Origin: a virus
Taxonomy: Duplodnaviria; Caudoviricetes
Strand: one strand, 5' to 3'
Length of the DNA stretch: 49,293 nt
IMG/VR virus record: IMGVR_UViG_3300050194_000052
Coordinates: 1-49,293 of that record
The position numbers and the translations under genes are program-made. Below the pieces are notes generated by a model. It worked only from the letters and a program-made list of their open reading frames with translations, did not search any database and had not been told where the DNA came from. Shown piece after piece: positions 8,993 to 19,000 of this stretch; position 1 is the stretch's first letter, and each line of letters starts with the position of its first letter.

Positions 8993-10030
8993 ATGACTGA
9001 ACAAGCCTTAACCCTGACTGATCCTCGTGGCTACTTTAAGCCTTTCCAATACCCTTGGGCCTACACCTTTTACGAGGCTCAAGAGGCAATGCACTGGACG
9101 AAAGATGAAGCTCCGGTTGCAGAGGACTTGAATGACTGGCATAACAAACTAGATGCAGGAACAGTGGCTATCTATAGCCACATCCTGAGCTGGTTCACTC
9201 AACAGGATGTAAACGTAGCATCTGGCTACTACGACTACATCCTACGCTGGTATAAAGCACCAGAGTTGAGAATGATGTATGGTTTGATTGCTCGTATTGA
9301 GGGCTTGCATGTCGATGCGTACTCTATGGTTCCAGACCAGTTAGGTCTGCCAGAGAGTGACTACAAAAAGTTTGTGGAGATCGAAACTACGGCAGCCAAG
9401 CATGAGTTTTTCACCAAGTATACGATGAATGATGATGCTCGAAGCAGAGCATTCTTCTTAGCACGTAATGGTGTGTTGGGTGAAGGTCTATCCCTATATG
9501 GTTTATTCACCATTCTCATGAATGCTCAACGCTTCGGACACATGCGTAACCTTGGTCAGATTGTTACTTGGTCAGCAAGAGATGAGTCCCTACATGTAGA
9601 AGCCAACCTCTGCACCTTCTACACAGAGCTAAAAGAAAACCCAGAGTTAGCGAATGACCCTGAGTTCTTTGAATCTCTGCGTCAGATGATCAAAGATGTT
9701 GTTACCATGGAGATTGCCTTCATCAAAGAAGCTCTATCCAAAGGTACTCTACCGGATCTTACTTTTGAGCAATTAGAACAGTTCATTTACTTCCTTGCAG
9801 ATTTCCGCGCTGGGCAGTTGGGCTTAGAGCCAATCTATGGGGTGTCAGAAAATCCCTTAGAATGGATGGATTGGGTATTCTCCAACAATGAGCTGGCTAA
9901 CTTCTTTGAGACTCGCGCTACTGGTTATGGTGGGGGTCAACTAGAAGGGAATTGGGAATACCCCGACACAGATTGGTTTCTGGACGGGGTAGCTCATATC
10001 GTAAAGCCTGTAGCGGATATTACAGCGTAA
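8993..10030 (+). CDS. nrdB: Ribonucleotide reductase class Ia beta subunit
   Basis: Start at 8993 after GGAGG. Di-iron ligands QQD, EGLH, GEG and DESLH; radical Tyr in HVDAY; C-terminal NFFETRATGY. Confidence 0.95.
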   Translation: MTEQALTLTDPRGYFKPFQYPWAYTFYEAQEAMHWTKDEAPVAEDLNDWHNKLDAGTVAIYSHILSWFTQQDVNVASGYYDYILRWYKAPELRMMYGLIARIEGLHVDAYSMVPDQLGLPESDYKKFVEIETTAAKHEFFTKYTMNDDARSRAFFLARNGVLGEGLSLYGLFTILMNAQRFGHMRNLGQIVTWSARDESLHVEANLCTFYTELKENPELANDPEFFESLRQMIKDVVTMEIAFIKEALSKGTLPDLTFEQLEQFIYFLADFRAGQLGLEPIYGVSENPLEWMDWVFSNNELANFFETRATGYGGGQLEGNWEYPDTDWFLDGVAHIVKPVADITA

Positions 10031-13000
10031 AAGACTGAATCCCGAATTCAGTTCTTCTACTGAATTCGGGAGCTATATCTGGGATAGCTATATAAGCAGA
10101 AACATTATAATTAAGAGATACTCTAAAAGAATAAGTCCCGCTACCTGCATAAGCCCCTACAAAAACAGCCTGTGTTGCGGTTGGAGAAACTTCAACTAAC
10201 ATGTCTGGTCTAGATCCTCCCAATGTTCCTCCTAGAAATATAGATATGTTCTCTAGATCTTGAGGGAAATCCAAAGCATCCCAGCTAACTGTAATATCTG
10301 CGCCAGAGACAACCGCTGATATTAAGTTAAAAGTAGGCTCTCTCTCTAGGAAGGTTAGTTTAGGAGAAAAGTCGGAGTAACTACTATCCTGTCTTTTGAA
10401 CTCCAACTGGGCAGTATATAAACCCAAACCATCGTATACCTCATATGCCCCTGTAAGACTAATCATACTAGTTTCAAATGGTCTAGATTTATCCACTACA
10501 TTAGGGGTGGACATATAGGAGATACCATCTGGGTGAGTTAGAATGTAATCACCTGTATGGTTGTCTGAAGCAAAGAACGTGGTAACTCTAGGGTTAAAAT
10601 CACTCTCTCTAGTCACTAGTATGCCTACCATTTTAGGCATACCTGAGTAATCATCAGACAGAGGTGGATCTTGATTTAACAAATAGTAAGTCTCCCCTTC
10701 ATCACCAGACGGGGCTATGGGGGTTACTTCAAAGTTTACTAAGCCAGACTTATACTGGTAAGCAGGGCCAAAATCTACAACTCCGTCCTGACTACCTGAT
10801 TGTACAGTAGCTTCCTTCTTAGAATCCGTATCATCTTCTAGATACCACACTACTCTATACTTAGTGTCTTTAGGGTTATTAGATACAATATTCATTCTAT
10901 ATACAGGAGCAGTGTCTATAGTAGCATAGCTGAGAATAGATACAGAAACCTTAATAGGTCTCTGCAATCTATCCCCTACAGTTATAGTTAGAGAGTCAGC
11001 AGAGAATAGCAACCCTAAAGAGTCCTGATACAGATTATTAATCTGCTCATACTTCTCTTGGTACACCATTGAGGCTTCTACAGTGTATATTTGTGCCTTA
11101 GACTGTCCATCGTCTGTAACAGACATTAATCTGAACCTTTTGGGGTAGCCTATCTCCTCTGACTCTAAAGTAAAAGGTACCTCAAAGAACAGACCAGAAG
11201 AATCACCAGATAAAACTAAGAAAGAGAAAGGATCTTTTTTCTCAACTGTTAAGGTTTCTATACCAGAGATTCCCAAGTATTTTAGGGTAAAAATACCCCC
11301 TACAAAACCAGCGGTGGGGGTATTTACCCTGACAATACTATTTTTATGCTCGTAGACACGAGCAGATTCACCCCAACCTGCGGTTCTATCTGCTACATAA
11401 AAGTTATCATATTGCTGTAGGTATAAACCCAACCTTGGTATCTTGAAGCTACATAATATAACTTCATGTTTATTAGTGAGTAGACTATGGGCAGCTTGAC
11501 GAAGGGCTTCATCTTTATTTGTAACCCCTACAGCAGTAATATCTGTAGATATTACCCCATACTTATCAATACTAGATTGATCAGTTATGACCCTAGTGTC
11601 TTGCTCATACTTGGCCTCTTTAGACAGATAGCTTACCTTTATAAGATTGTATCTGCTGGATAAGTCTGTAGTAGAATACTGGATACCATCTACAGTTACC
11701 ATCTCTGGGGTAATAAGAAACTTAACCTCTTTTGGTCTATCTATAAAGACCGAGTATTTACCATTCCTTTCAACTAGAACAGCTCTAAAACTACCAGCTA
11801 GGAACCGTTTAAATTCATCACTGGACTGGTAGTCTGTCAGCACAGTGTTAAACGTATGTCTTGGATTTAAAATGGAGGGATTGTCTAAATCAGGCAGTTT
11901 CTCATCACAGTATTGAGCAGCCTCATAAAAGTTAGCATCATCTATATCTATATTTGGCTCTCTGCTTCTGTCTCCCCAATCTAGATTCATAATAAGCTCT
12001 CTAAGGATCCAAACTGGATTATTAGTCCATGTCTTTTTGTACCCACCTAACCAAACACCATCGTAGGTATGTTCGAAAGGATTATAATTCACGGGCACAT
12101 CGCACATAATACCCATAATGTCACAAGAGAAATCAGGTAAAGTTGAGAATCTATCAGTATGCTGGGCAATAATATGTGCCGTAGCTACTCTAGGATAAAC
12201 TACTGAGTTATCCCCTATCATAGCTATGGAATCTATGGCTACCTCTATACTACTGTTCTTATCTGTTGGAGGTATAGCTCTGGTCATCCTAGTTACTTCA
12301 ATCTCCCAATCATTATCTGGTAGGGAGATAACAGGGATAGATAACTCATGAACGTAACCAGTGGTAGTTTTACCTGTGATTGTGTAAAGACTATCAGGGT
12401 CAACTCCTTGAGATAATAGTATGCCTCTTTCAATATTACTAAATAACCCATCTGATTGCGCCCAGAAACTAGAACGTACTGCTCCAGATCCTCTCTGTGT
12501 CCTATTAGAGGAGAGGGTATCTATATCCATGTTCTTGGTTATGATAATACTGGTATACTTTCTAACTGCTGATCTCTTCTCATCAGGAGTTAAAGAATCA
12601 TAATTTATTCCCTCAGCAGCTAAAAGTTTCTGCTTAACAGACTCTATTAATCTTCCAGAGTGCAGTTGCTCAAGTAAGCTATAACTCACATTTGTCCAGT
12701 CGGTTTCCCCTACTGGTCTATAGCGTACCCTTAATGCTACTGTAGATCCCCATTGATCTCCATCTTTATTACCTGCATATAGGCTAGAAATAAAGATGCG
12801 AATATCAAGAAATTTTATCGTTCCTCTACGATTAGAAGGAGTAGTAAAGGATTTAGCTACTCCAGCAGGTAGGTCAGAAGCAGAAGCAGGAATAATAGAA
12901 GCCTCACCGCCCATAATAAATTCTATGGGCGTATCATCCTCATAACCCTGTCTAAAAGACATAGCAAAATCAGGGAATCGGTAACTTTCCTTCTCAAGCT

Positions 13001-13169
13001 CATTATGTTCTACAAGAGACTCAGTACCAATATAGAAGGACTCTAAACCCTTCTCTAGGCCGTAAATGGTACCTTCTCCAAAAGAGAGTACAAGCTCAAC
13101 AATGTCTTGACTAAACAGAGTATCTTTCTTTACCGTTGGGCCACCACCACCATTACCAGAATAACTCAT
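10020..13169 (-). CDS. Tail tip / host-specificity protein, lambda J-like
   Basis: GEGTIYGL, VPVNYNP..TYDGVW.GGYK..WTNNPVWIL, EAAQYCDE and PRHTFN are J-family motifs; position after the I- and K-like genes. Confidence 0.85.
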   Translation of the reverse strand: MSYSGNGGGGPTVKKDTLFSQDIVELVLSFGEGTIYGLEKGLESFYIGTESLVEHNELEKESYRFPDFAMSFRQGYEDDTPIEFIMGGEASIIPASASDLPAGVAKSFTTPSNRRGTIKFLDIRIFISSLYAGNKDGDQWGSTVALRVRYRPVGETDWTNVSYSLLEQLHSGRLIESVKQKLLAAEGINYDSLTPDEKRSAVRKYTSIIITKNMDIDTLSSNRTQRGSGAVRSSFWAQSDGLFSNIERGILLSQGVDPDSLYTITGKTTTGYVHELSIPVISLPDNDWEIEVTRMTRAIPPTDKNSSIEVAIDSIAMIGDNSVVYPRVATAHIIAQHTDRFSTLPDFSCDIMGIMCDVPVNYNPFEHTYDGVWLGGYKKTWTNNPVWILRELIMNLDWGDRSREPNIDIDDANFYEAAQYCDEKLPDLDNPSILNPRHTFNTVLTDYQSSDEFKRFLAGSFRAVLVERNGKYSVFIDRPKEVKFLITPEMVTVDGIQYSTTDLSSRYNLIKVSYLSKEAKYEQDTRVITDQSSIDKYGVISTDITAVGVTNKDEALRQAAHSLLTNKHEVILCSFKIPRLGLYLQQYDNFYVADRTAGWGESARVYEHKNSIVRVNTPTAGFVGGIFTLKYLGISGIETLTVEKKDPFSFLVLSGDSSGLFFEVPFTLESEEIGYPKRFRLMSVTDDGQSKAQIYTVEASMVYQEKYEQINNLYQDSLGLLFSADSLTITVGDRLQRPIKVSVSILSYATIDTAPVYRMNIVSNNPKDTKYRVVWYLEDDTDSKKEATVQSGSQDGVVDFGPAYQYKSGLVNFEVTPIAPSGDEGETYYLLNQDPPLSDDYSGMPKMVGILVTRESDFNPRVTTFFASDNHTGDYILTHPDGISYMSTPNVVDKSRPFETSMISLTGAYEVYDGLGLYTAQLEFKRQDSSYSDFSPKLTFLEREPTFNLISAVVSGADITVSWDALDFPQDLENISIFLGGTLGGSRPDMLVEVSPTATQAVFVGAYAGSGTYSFRVSLNYNVSAYIAIPDIAPEFSRRTEFGIQSFTL
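10040..10071. terminator. 13-bp perfect inverted repeat at the nrdB / tail-tip convergence
   Basis: TCCCGAATTCAGT-tcttct-ACTGAATTCGGGA, 10 bp after the nrdB stop and inside the J-like CDS. Confidence 0.5.
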
Positions 13170-13888
13170 AACTGCACTCCTGATTTATTGACGTTATTGT
13201 CATCTTGAGCAATCTTAACAACGCTACCAGCTTTTACCACCCCATAAAACTTATTGAGGTTCTCGGTGGGGATATTCTCATCTGCCTTCTTGGTAAAGTA
13301 GGGGGACTTTTCTACATCATCCACCCCAGAGTAGTTTCTAGCGTCAATGTTAAAACTTATCAAGTGACCAAAAGCCCTATGAGTACCAAAAACCATTTGA
13401 ATGGGGGTACCCATCTCAGTAGTAGTATTACTACCGCTGAAGTATCTACTTTTAGGGTTACTATCATCGGGCTTAGGGGCTAACACCTGCATAAGACCTG
13501 AGATGGCTAGTCCTATACCTACCTGCAAAATAAAAGAACCCATTGCTGTTCCTTGTAGGGCAGCAAAACCAACTGGGCCAGCAACTACCACTAAGGCTAC
13601 ACCTATGGCTAACATAATCCACCCACTAGAACTACTACCACCTTGACCACCTCTACCGCTATAGGCTGGCTTCTCTGCTTTGCGTATTGTAACCTCCACC
13701 CCATTGGTGTGCATCTCTAGTAATTCAACAGTGGTATACCCCTCAACAGACACAGGAATTTTATCTTGTAGCTCCCTTGGGTATTGGGTGAAGACTAATT
13801 TTAAGGCTTCCATAACGCTAGTAGTGTCCACCTTAATCTTAGGGGAGAACCATTCTTGAAGACACTCAGAGAAATTAAGAGTTATCAT
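13166..13888 (-). CDS. Tail assembly protein I-like (ubiquitin-like N-terminus)
   Basis: Ubl-like N-terminus ending SGRGG, hydrophobic middle, YFSG.NTT.MGTPIQMVFG. Confidence 0.8.
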   Translation of the reverse strand: MITLNFSECLQEWFSPKIKVDTTSVMEALKLVFTQYPRELQDKIPVSVEGYTTVELLEMHTNGVEVTIRKAEKPAYSGRGGQGGSSSSGWIMLAIGVALVVVAGPVGFAALQGTAMGSFILQVGIGLAISGLMQVLAPKPDDSNPKSRYFSGSNTTTEMGTPIQMVFGTHRAFGHLISFNIDARNYSGVDDVEKSPYFTKKADENIPTENLNKFYGVVKAGSVVKIAQDDNNVNKSGVQL

Positions 13889-14205
13889 GAAAGCACCTTC
13901 TCCCGAATCAAAACTATAGAATCACTCACAGCGTATACAACATAACCATTCTGCACAACTACGATGTGAAGATAGTTTGGATATTGTATGAAGGACTTAT
14001 AGTCAGCAATGGATAGATTAGGATCATTGCTTGGATGTGTGTGCCACAGGGCTTTTATATTGTCACCATAAGCTAGAATATCCTCAGAGGACATCACAAA
14101 AGAGTTAGTAGGGTCTAAAGATCTATTGGGTAGACTGACCACTAGATCATCTAAGGTCACTAGACCACAAACCTCAACTGATTTATTCCAGTGCTCATCA
14201 AACAT
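13885..14205 (-). CDS. JAB/MPN metalloprotease (tail assembly K, JAB half)
   Basis: EVCG...WHTHPSNDPNLSIAD matches the JAMM motif. Confidence 0.85.
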   Translation of the reverse strand: MFDEHWNKSVEVCGLVTLDDLVVSLPNRSLDPTNSFVMSSEDILAYGDNIKALWHTHPSNDPNLSIADYKSFIQYPNYLHIVVVQNGYVVYAVSDSIVLIREKVLS

Positions 14206-14665
14206 TTTCAGCCCCTAGTAAAAAGGATGGTGCAATAAGATTAGACATATCTAGAACACTAGAGACTTGTAAGGCATCTACATGTCTAGATATTTTATCT
14301 ATGCGCCTAAACCATCTCTGATCTAGATTATCTTCTTTACTCTTACTATTGAAAAGATGATGGATGAATAGATTGTTACCAACATAAACCCCCAGATGGT
14401 TTACAGTATCCCCAGCAACTCTAAAAGATATAACATCACCAACCAATAATTTGCTTCTTATGACTGCCTTATGCTGCCATTCTGGGTCAGAAGATAATCT
14501 AGTTAGGAGGTTGAACTCTGGAGAAGAGTACCCCGCTGGTCTAGCATAATCTGGTAAGGTTATACCATATATCAAATCATGGAAATCTCTTACTAGGGAA
14601 TAGCAATCTTGGAAGCCCTCAATATAGGGCTTATTTAAAAGAGCAGCGTACTGGTGATAATTCAT
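14198..14665 (-). CDS. NlpC/P60 protein (tail assembly K, NlpC half)
   Basis: DCYSLVRDF...NHLGVYVGNNLFIHH. Confidence 0.85.
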   Translation of the reverse strand: MNYHQYAALLNKPYIEGFQDCYSLVRDFHDLIYGITLPDYARPAGYSSPEFNLLTRLSSDPEWQHKAVIRSKLLVGDVISFRVAGDTVNHLGVYVGNNLFIHHLFNSKSKEDNLDQRWFRRIDKISRHVDALQVSSVLDMSNLIAPSFLLGAENV

Positions 14666-14675
14666 GGCAACCTCA

Positions 14676-15143
14676 CTAAAGAGTAACAGTTTTAAAATCT
14701 GGAGCGTAGTAACCCCTATAAGGAAACTTACCTTTAGGGAAATCAGAGATGCCCCTAAGCTCTAGAGCAACCTGCTGTGTAGAGATGGAGATTATACGAT
14801 ACACTCTCCACCTATCAACCCTAGTTTCAGTCACATTATTGTTTTTAAACTCAAGCTCTGAGATACGGATTAAAGAAACATCAGCCCCCTCTAAATCTCC
14901 ACTAAGAGCTATTTTAGTCAATACCCCCCTAGGGTTTGTTATTTCAAGCTGCGGTCTACTTTTTTCTTCACCAGTAGATTCTTGTAAACCAGTCAGGGAG
15001 TGGGGTAGGAACTCATACTGTATACCCATAAAGTTTACAGGGTATTTACTACACATCCTAAAAACCACATTATTAGGTGTGGTTATTGTGAATAGCAGTA
15101 GTATATCTGAGTGACTCAGAAGAGTGGATTCTTGAATACTCAT
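14676..15143 (-). CDS. Minor tail protein L-like
   Basis: YEFLP..LTG......RPQLEITN...DLEGADV pattern and synteny; lacks the Cys-rich C-terminal domain of lambda L. Confidence 0.65.
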   Translation of the reverse strand: MSIQESTLLSHSDILLLFTITTPNNVVFRMCSKYPVNFMGIQYEFLPHSLTGLQESTGEEKSRPQLEITNPRGVLTKIALSGDLEGADVSLIRISELEFKNNNVTETRVDRWRVYRIISISTQQVALELRGISDFPKGKFPYRGYYAPDFKTVTL

Positions 15144-16030
15144 GACAGACCTACATCTATAATAGGGCCAGAGAAAATAGATGACATCTCATCATAAGGA
15201 GTCTCTACTAACTCAAGAGAGATATCCAAAACAGCACCGCTGTCTCCCGTAACTGGATTGGTCTTTAAGGGATTTTTAAACTTAACTAATACCCTTTCAC
15301 CATTAAATATGTATATAAATTTCCTGTCTAATCTATGTTGCACATAGAATAGCTCCAAGGATAGAAGGTTAGCGCATCTATTATGGATGAAACTAACTTC
15401 TCCTTTATGTTGCATATATAACATAAGGGGAAAGTCTAGCTTAAAAGTCCTGAGCTTAGTTTGAAAGTCCTGAAAAACAGCTATGTTATTACCTGATAAT
15501 ATTACTCTACTTATATCGTCTGGGTAATCCATGCCGACCGAGTGATATATGAAAGGAAAATCCATAAGCTCATTTTCTAATAGTTTCTCTGACTTATGGA
15601 ATACAAACGGTTTACTTTGTACCTCTGTAAACTCTAAATCAAAAGATTCAGTAAAACCAATAGAGTTAGCTTTATTTTTTGGCATAGATAAAGGTTTAGA
15701 GAATCTAACTAGCACATCCCCATAGATAGGGTGGTAATAGATGAATATCTTAAACATACCATGTTTAAGATAGAACTTCTCCAAACTCTTAAAGCAGGAG
15801 GATTTATCAGCGATCCTTGCTTTTTCACCATTGTACATACCTTCGAATTTAAGAGAGAATTTTCTTAACGGGCAAGACTCTAGCTTAGGAATTACCCCTT
15901 GACCAGCACCGTTCTCTATAAGTCTGAAGTGTTCAAGGTACTCCACAGAGTAACCATGTTTGTCCCATATAAACCTCTCCATATCATTCTTGATTAGAGA
16001 GGTCGGTATTAAGGCTGATAACTGAGTCAT
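15140..16030 (-). CDS. Distal tail protein (Dit/M-like), internally duplicated
   Basis: Follows the tape measure. Two similar halves: LRKFSLKF..LEKFYLKH..FIY..VLVRFSKPL and LRTFKLDF..LELFYVQH..FIY..VLVKFKNPL. Confidence 0.6.
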   Translation of the reverse strand: MTQLSALIPTSLIKNDMERFIWDKHGYSVEYLEHFRLIENGAGQGVIPKLESCPLRKFSLKFEGMYNGEKARIADKSSCFKSLEKFYLKHGMFKIFIYYHPIYGDVLVRFSKPLSMPKNKANSIGFTESFDLEFTEVQSKPFVFHKSEKLLENELMDFPFIYHSVGMDYPDDISRVILSGNNIAVFQDFQTKLRTFKLDFPLMLYMQHKGEVSFIHNRCANLLSLELFYVQHRLDRKFIYIFNGERVLVKFKNPLKTNPVTGDSGAVLDISLELVETPYDEMSSIFSGPIIDVGLS

Positions 16031-19000
16031 TAGGCAGAATTCCTAGTCTTTTTAATCAGTTGGGAGATAGGCCCATTACGAGCCAAGTCATCACTGACAG
16101 TTACGATAATATCATTTTTACTCATCCCGTTTGGCACTTTATCTGGAGAAACAACATAAACATTTGTTGTCTGATCCACTGGTGCCCGATTACTTAATGC
16201 AGCCCCAGTAGCGGCCATATTCTTCATGGTTGAACTAGGGTTAGTTCGAAGACCGTCAAGGAAATTCTTACCTAAGAACTCAGAACTCTGCTTAGGGATT
16301 ATATACTCTCCGGCCATAGCCATGATTGGTACACTATCTCTATTAGGTAAACCTCCTTTTACCTCTCCACCCTCGGCCATAGGAAAGGACATCAAGGGAG
16401 CTTGTGGCCCTAGAGATGGTTGAGCGGTTACGGTAGCTGCTGATGCTCCAGCTCCACCACCAAAATAGGCACTAGCACCTATTTGGAGTGCAGACAGTAA
16501 GAAGTTGGTGCCTCCACCATTTGCGGAAGTAGGTAAACCTTTACCTCCACTGGCGGCCGGATCGCCAATACCCATAAGATAGTTCATTAGCTTGAGCATC
16601 ATTCTATCAGTCATAACTTTCATAGCCATAGTTAGGATGCTCATCCCAAACTGTCTCCAAGCCTCTCTACCCTCTTTGGTCTTACCAATCAGGTTATTGA
16701 AGAATCCATCTACTCCGTCTGAGGCTTGAACAAGATTATCAATCATGCTGGTGAAGCCGGAGTTTACTCCATCAAGCATATTAGAGATGGTGTTAAATTG
16801 ACCCTCTCTACTACTTGCATCCTCAAGTTTTTCAGCGTATTTATATTTAAGTTGCTTTCTAAAAGATATCTCTTTAGGGTTGCCCTTTACTAAGTTAGTT
16901 TGATCCTGCTCTAAGCTCATGATCTTAGTATTTGCTTGAATTATGTCAGAGGCATTATCCTCAACTTGAGCATTCAAACGATCTATCTCAGCCTGACGAG
17001 CATCTCTCTCTGCTTCTAAAGCCTCTTTATTTTGATCCCCTTTTCCTGAAGAAGAGATTAACTCATCAAGTTTCTCTTGCTTGGCTACAAGATCCTTTAC
17101 CGTATCTTGTATAGCTAAACTCTCATTAGTTTTCATCTCTAATGTAGATTTAGTAGACTGAATATCTAGCTGATTGGTAAGCAACAAAGTATCCCGTTGT
17201 TTCTCAGACTCTAGAGCAATCTGTTTATCCAGCATCTCCCTTTCAACTGAGGTATACTTACCACGGTTGGATTCAAGATCCATTCTAGCTTTGTCTGCCT
17301 CTAGACCTTTTCTAATAGCTTCTGACTCAAGTATCATACGATCTTTAATCGCAGTATTTAACTGCTCTTCATCCTTTATACGCTTCTCCATCACAGCAAA
17401 CTGCTTATTAAAGTTACGCACAGTCAGAGCAAATAAGTCCTCTTGTCTCTTTTTCTCTGCCTCATAGATTTTAATTTTAGTAGCTGCAAGCTCCTCTTCA
17501 TAAGCTACTTTAATACTCTTCAGTTCCTCGGCCAGCTTTGCTTCTGCGATACGCTTTTTCTTAGGATCAATGGTTAAATCAGAAGAGGTAGTATTAGTCT
17601 CCCCGTCAGATAATAACTGTTTCTGGTACTCAGCATTAGCTACCGCTTCGGCCTTAGCTCTTACAGAGTCAGCTAACTTAGTATACTCATCCAAGCTACC
17701 AGATTTCGGGTTAAACTTAGATAGCTCAGTCTTAGCTTGATTCAATTCTCCAGTAGCTATAGACAACTCATACTCTTTATCTAGTATCTCTCTTGCGGCA
17801 TCATCCTTAGTCTGCTGGCGAGCAGAGTTAAGTAGGTTAGAACGCTGAGTGCTCACCTCATTCAATCTCTCTTGAAGCACAGCTATTTCAGCCGATACTT
17901 TAAGGGCTTCACTTGTGTCTTTATCAAGAGCCTTATACTTAGCTGTGTAGATAGATAGAGTGCTAGATAGGGATGCTTCCTCTTTTGCCAACTGGACTAC
18001 TTGAGGATTCTCATCAGTGTTTCTAAGAATCTCAGAGGTCTTACTTCCAGTTTGCTTAGAACCTAGAGCTACTGCGTTATTAGCCACCAGACCAACATAA
18101 TCCAAGGATTCCTGACGATACTTTCTAGGATTACCCTTCTTATCTTTAGTAGCAGGGCCAGCGTTATAGTGCATAACTGCATTAGACATGTCGAACTTCT
18201 TCAGAAGTATGGACATATACTTTGCACCTGCATCAATAGATTTAGCAGCGTCAAAGAAGTCCTCTGGCTTCAGACCCATCTCGGCTCCAGTCTTAGGCAT
18301 AAGCTGCATAATACCTTTAGCACCTGCTGAGGATACAGCTCTTGGATTACCCCCACTCTCTCTATAACCCATAGCCATCAAAATATCTGGACTAATACCA
18401 TATTTAATAGCTGCCTCGGCAAACAAGTCCCCATACTTCTCTTTAAAAGCATTAAGACCATTTAATGCTTTAGGGCTAACCTTATTTATGTTTCCACGAT
18501 TAAAGAACTCCTGAGTACCATTACCTAGTGAAAGGTTTTGAGTTCTGGCTTTAGCCACATTGAGGTTATACTCATTCAGCTTGCCTACATTAGATTGGTT
18601 AGCAAGATCTTTTAAAGCATAAGTCCAACCCATAATGCCGGAGTTAGGGTTATTAAATGCTTCTTGAAGAAGTGTAATATTCTGTTGAGCAGCATCAGCA
18701 GCATCCTTATTACCTGAAGCTCTAAAGGTTGACTGCTTAGATTGCTCATTACTTATGGCTTTGGCTACATACATAACTACCTTATTTAATAAAAACAAGG
18801 TAGCTCTAGATTCCTGTTTTAATTTCTCAGGATCAGAGCTGGCTTCCTGACCTAACTTACCTAATAGGGCAGTTAGGTTAGCTGCCGCCGCAGGGTCTCC
18901 AGAGAGGGTTTCTAGGACTTTGGGTAGTTCGTTATAGGCTAGAGCTTTACTTCCTAGTTTTGCTCTTTCTTTTTTTCTACTGATTGCAGCAGCCATTCCT

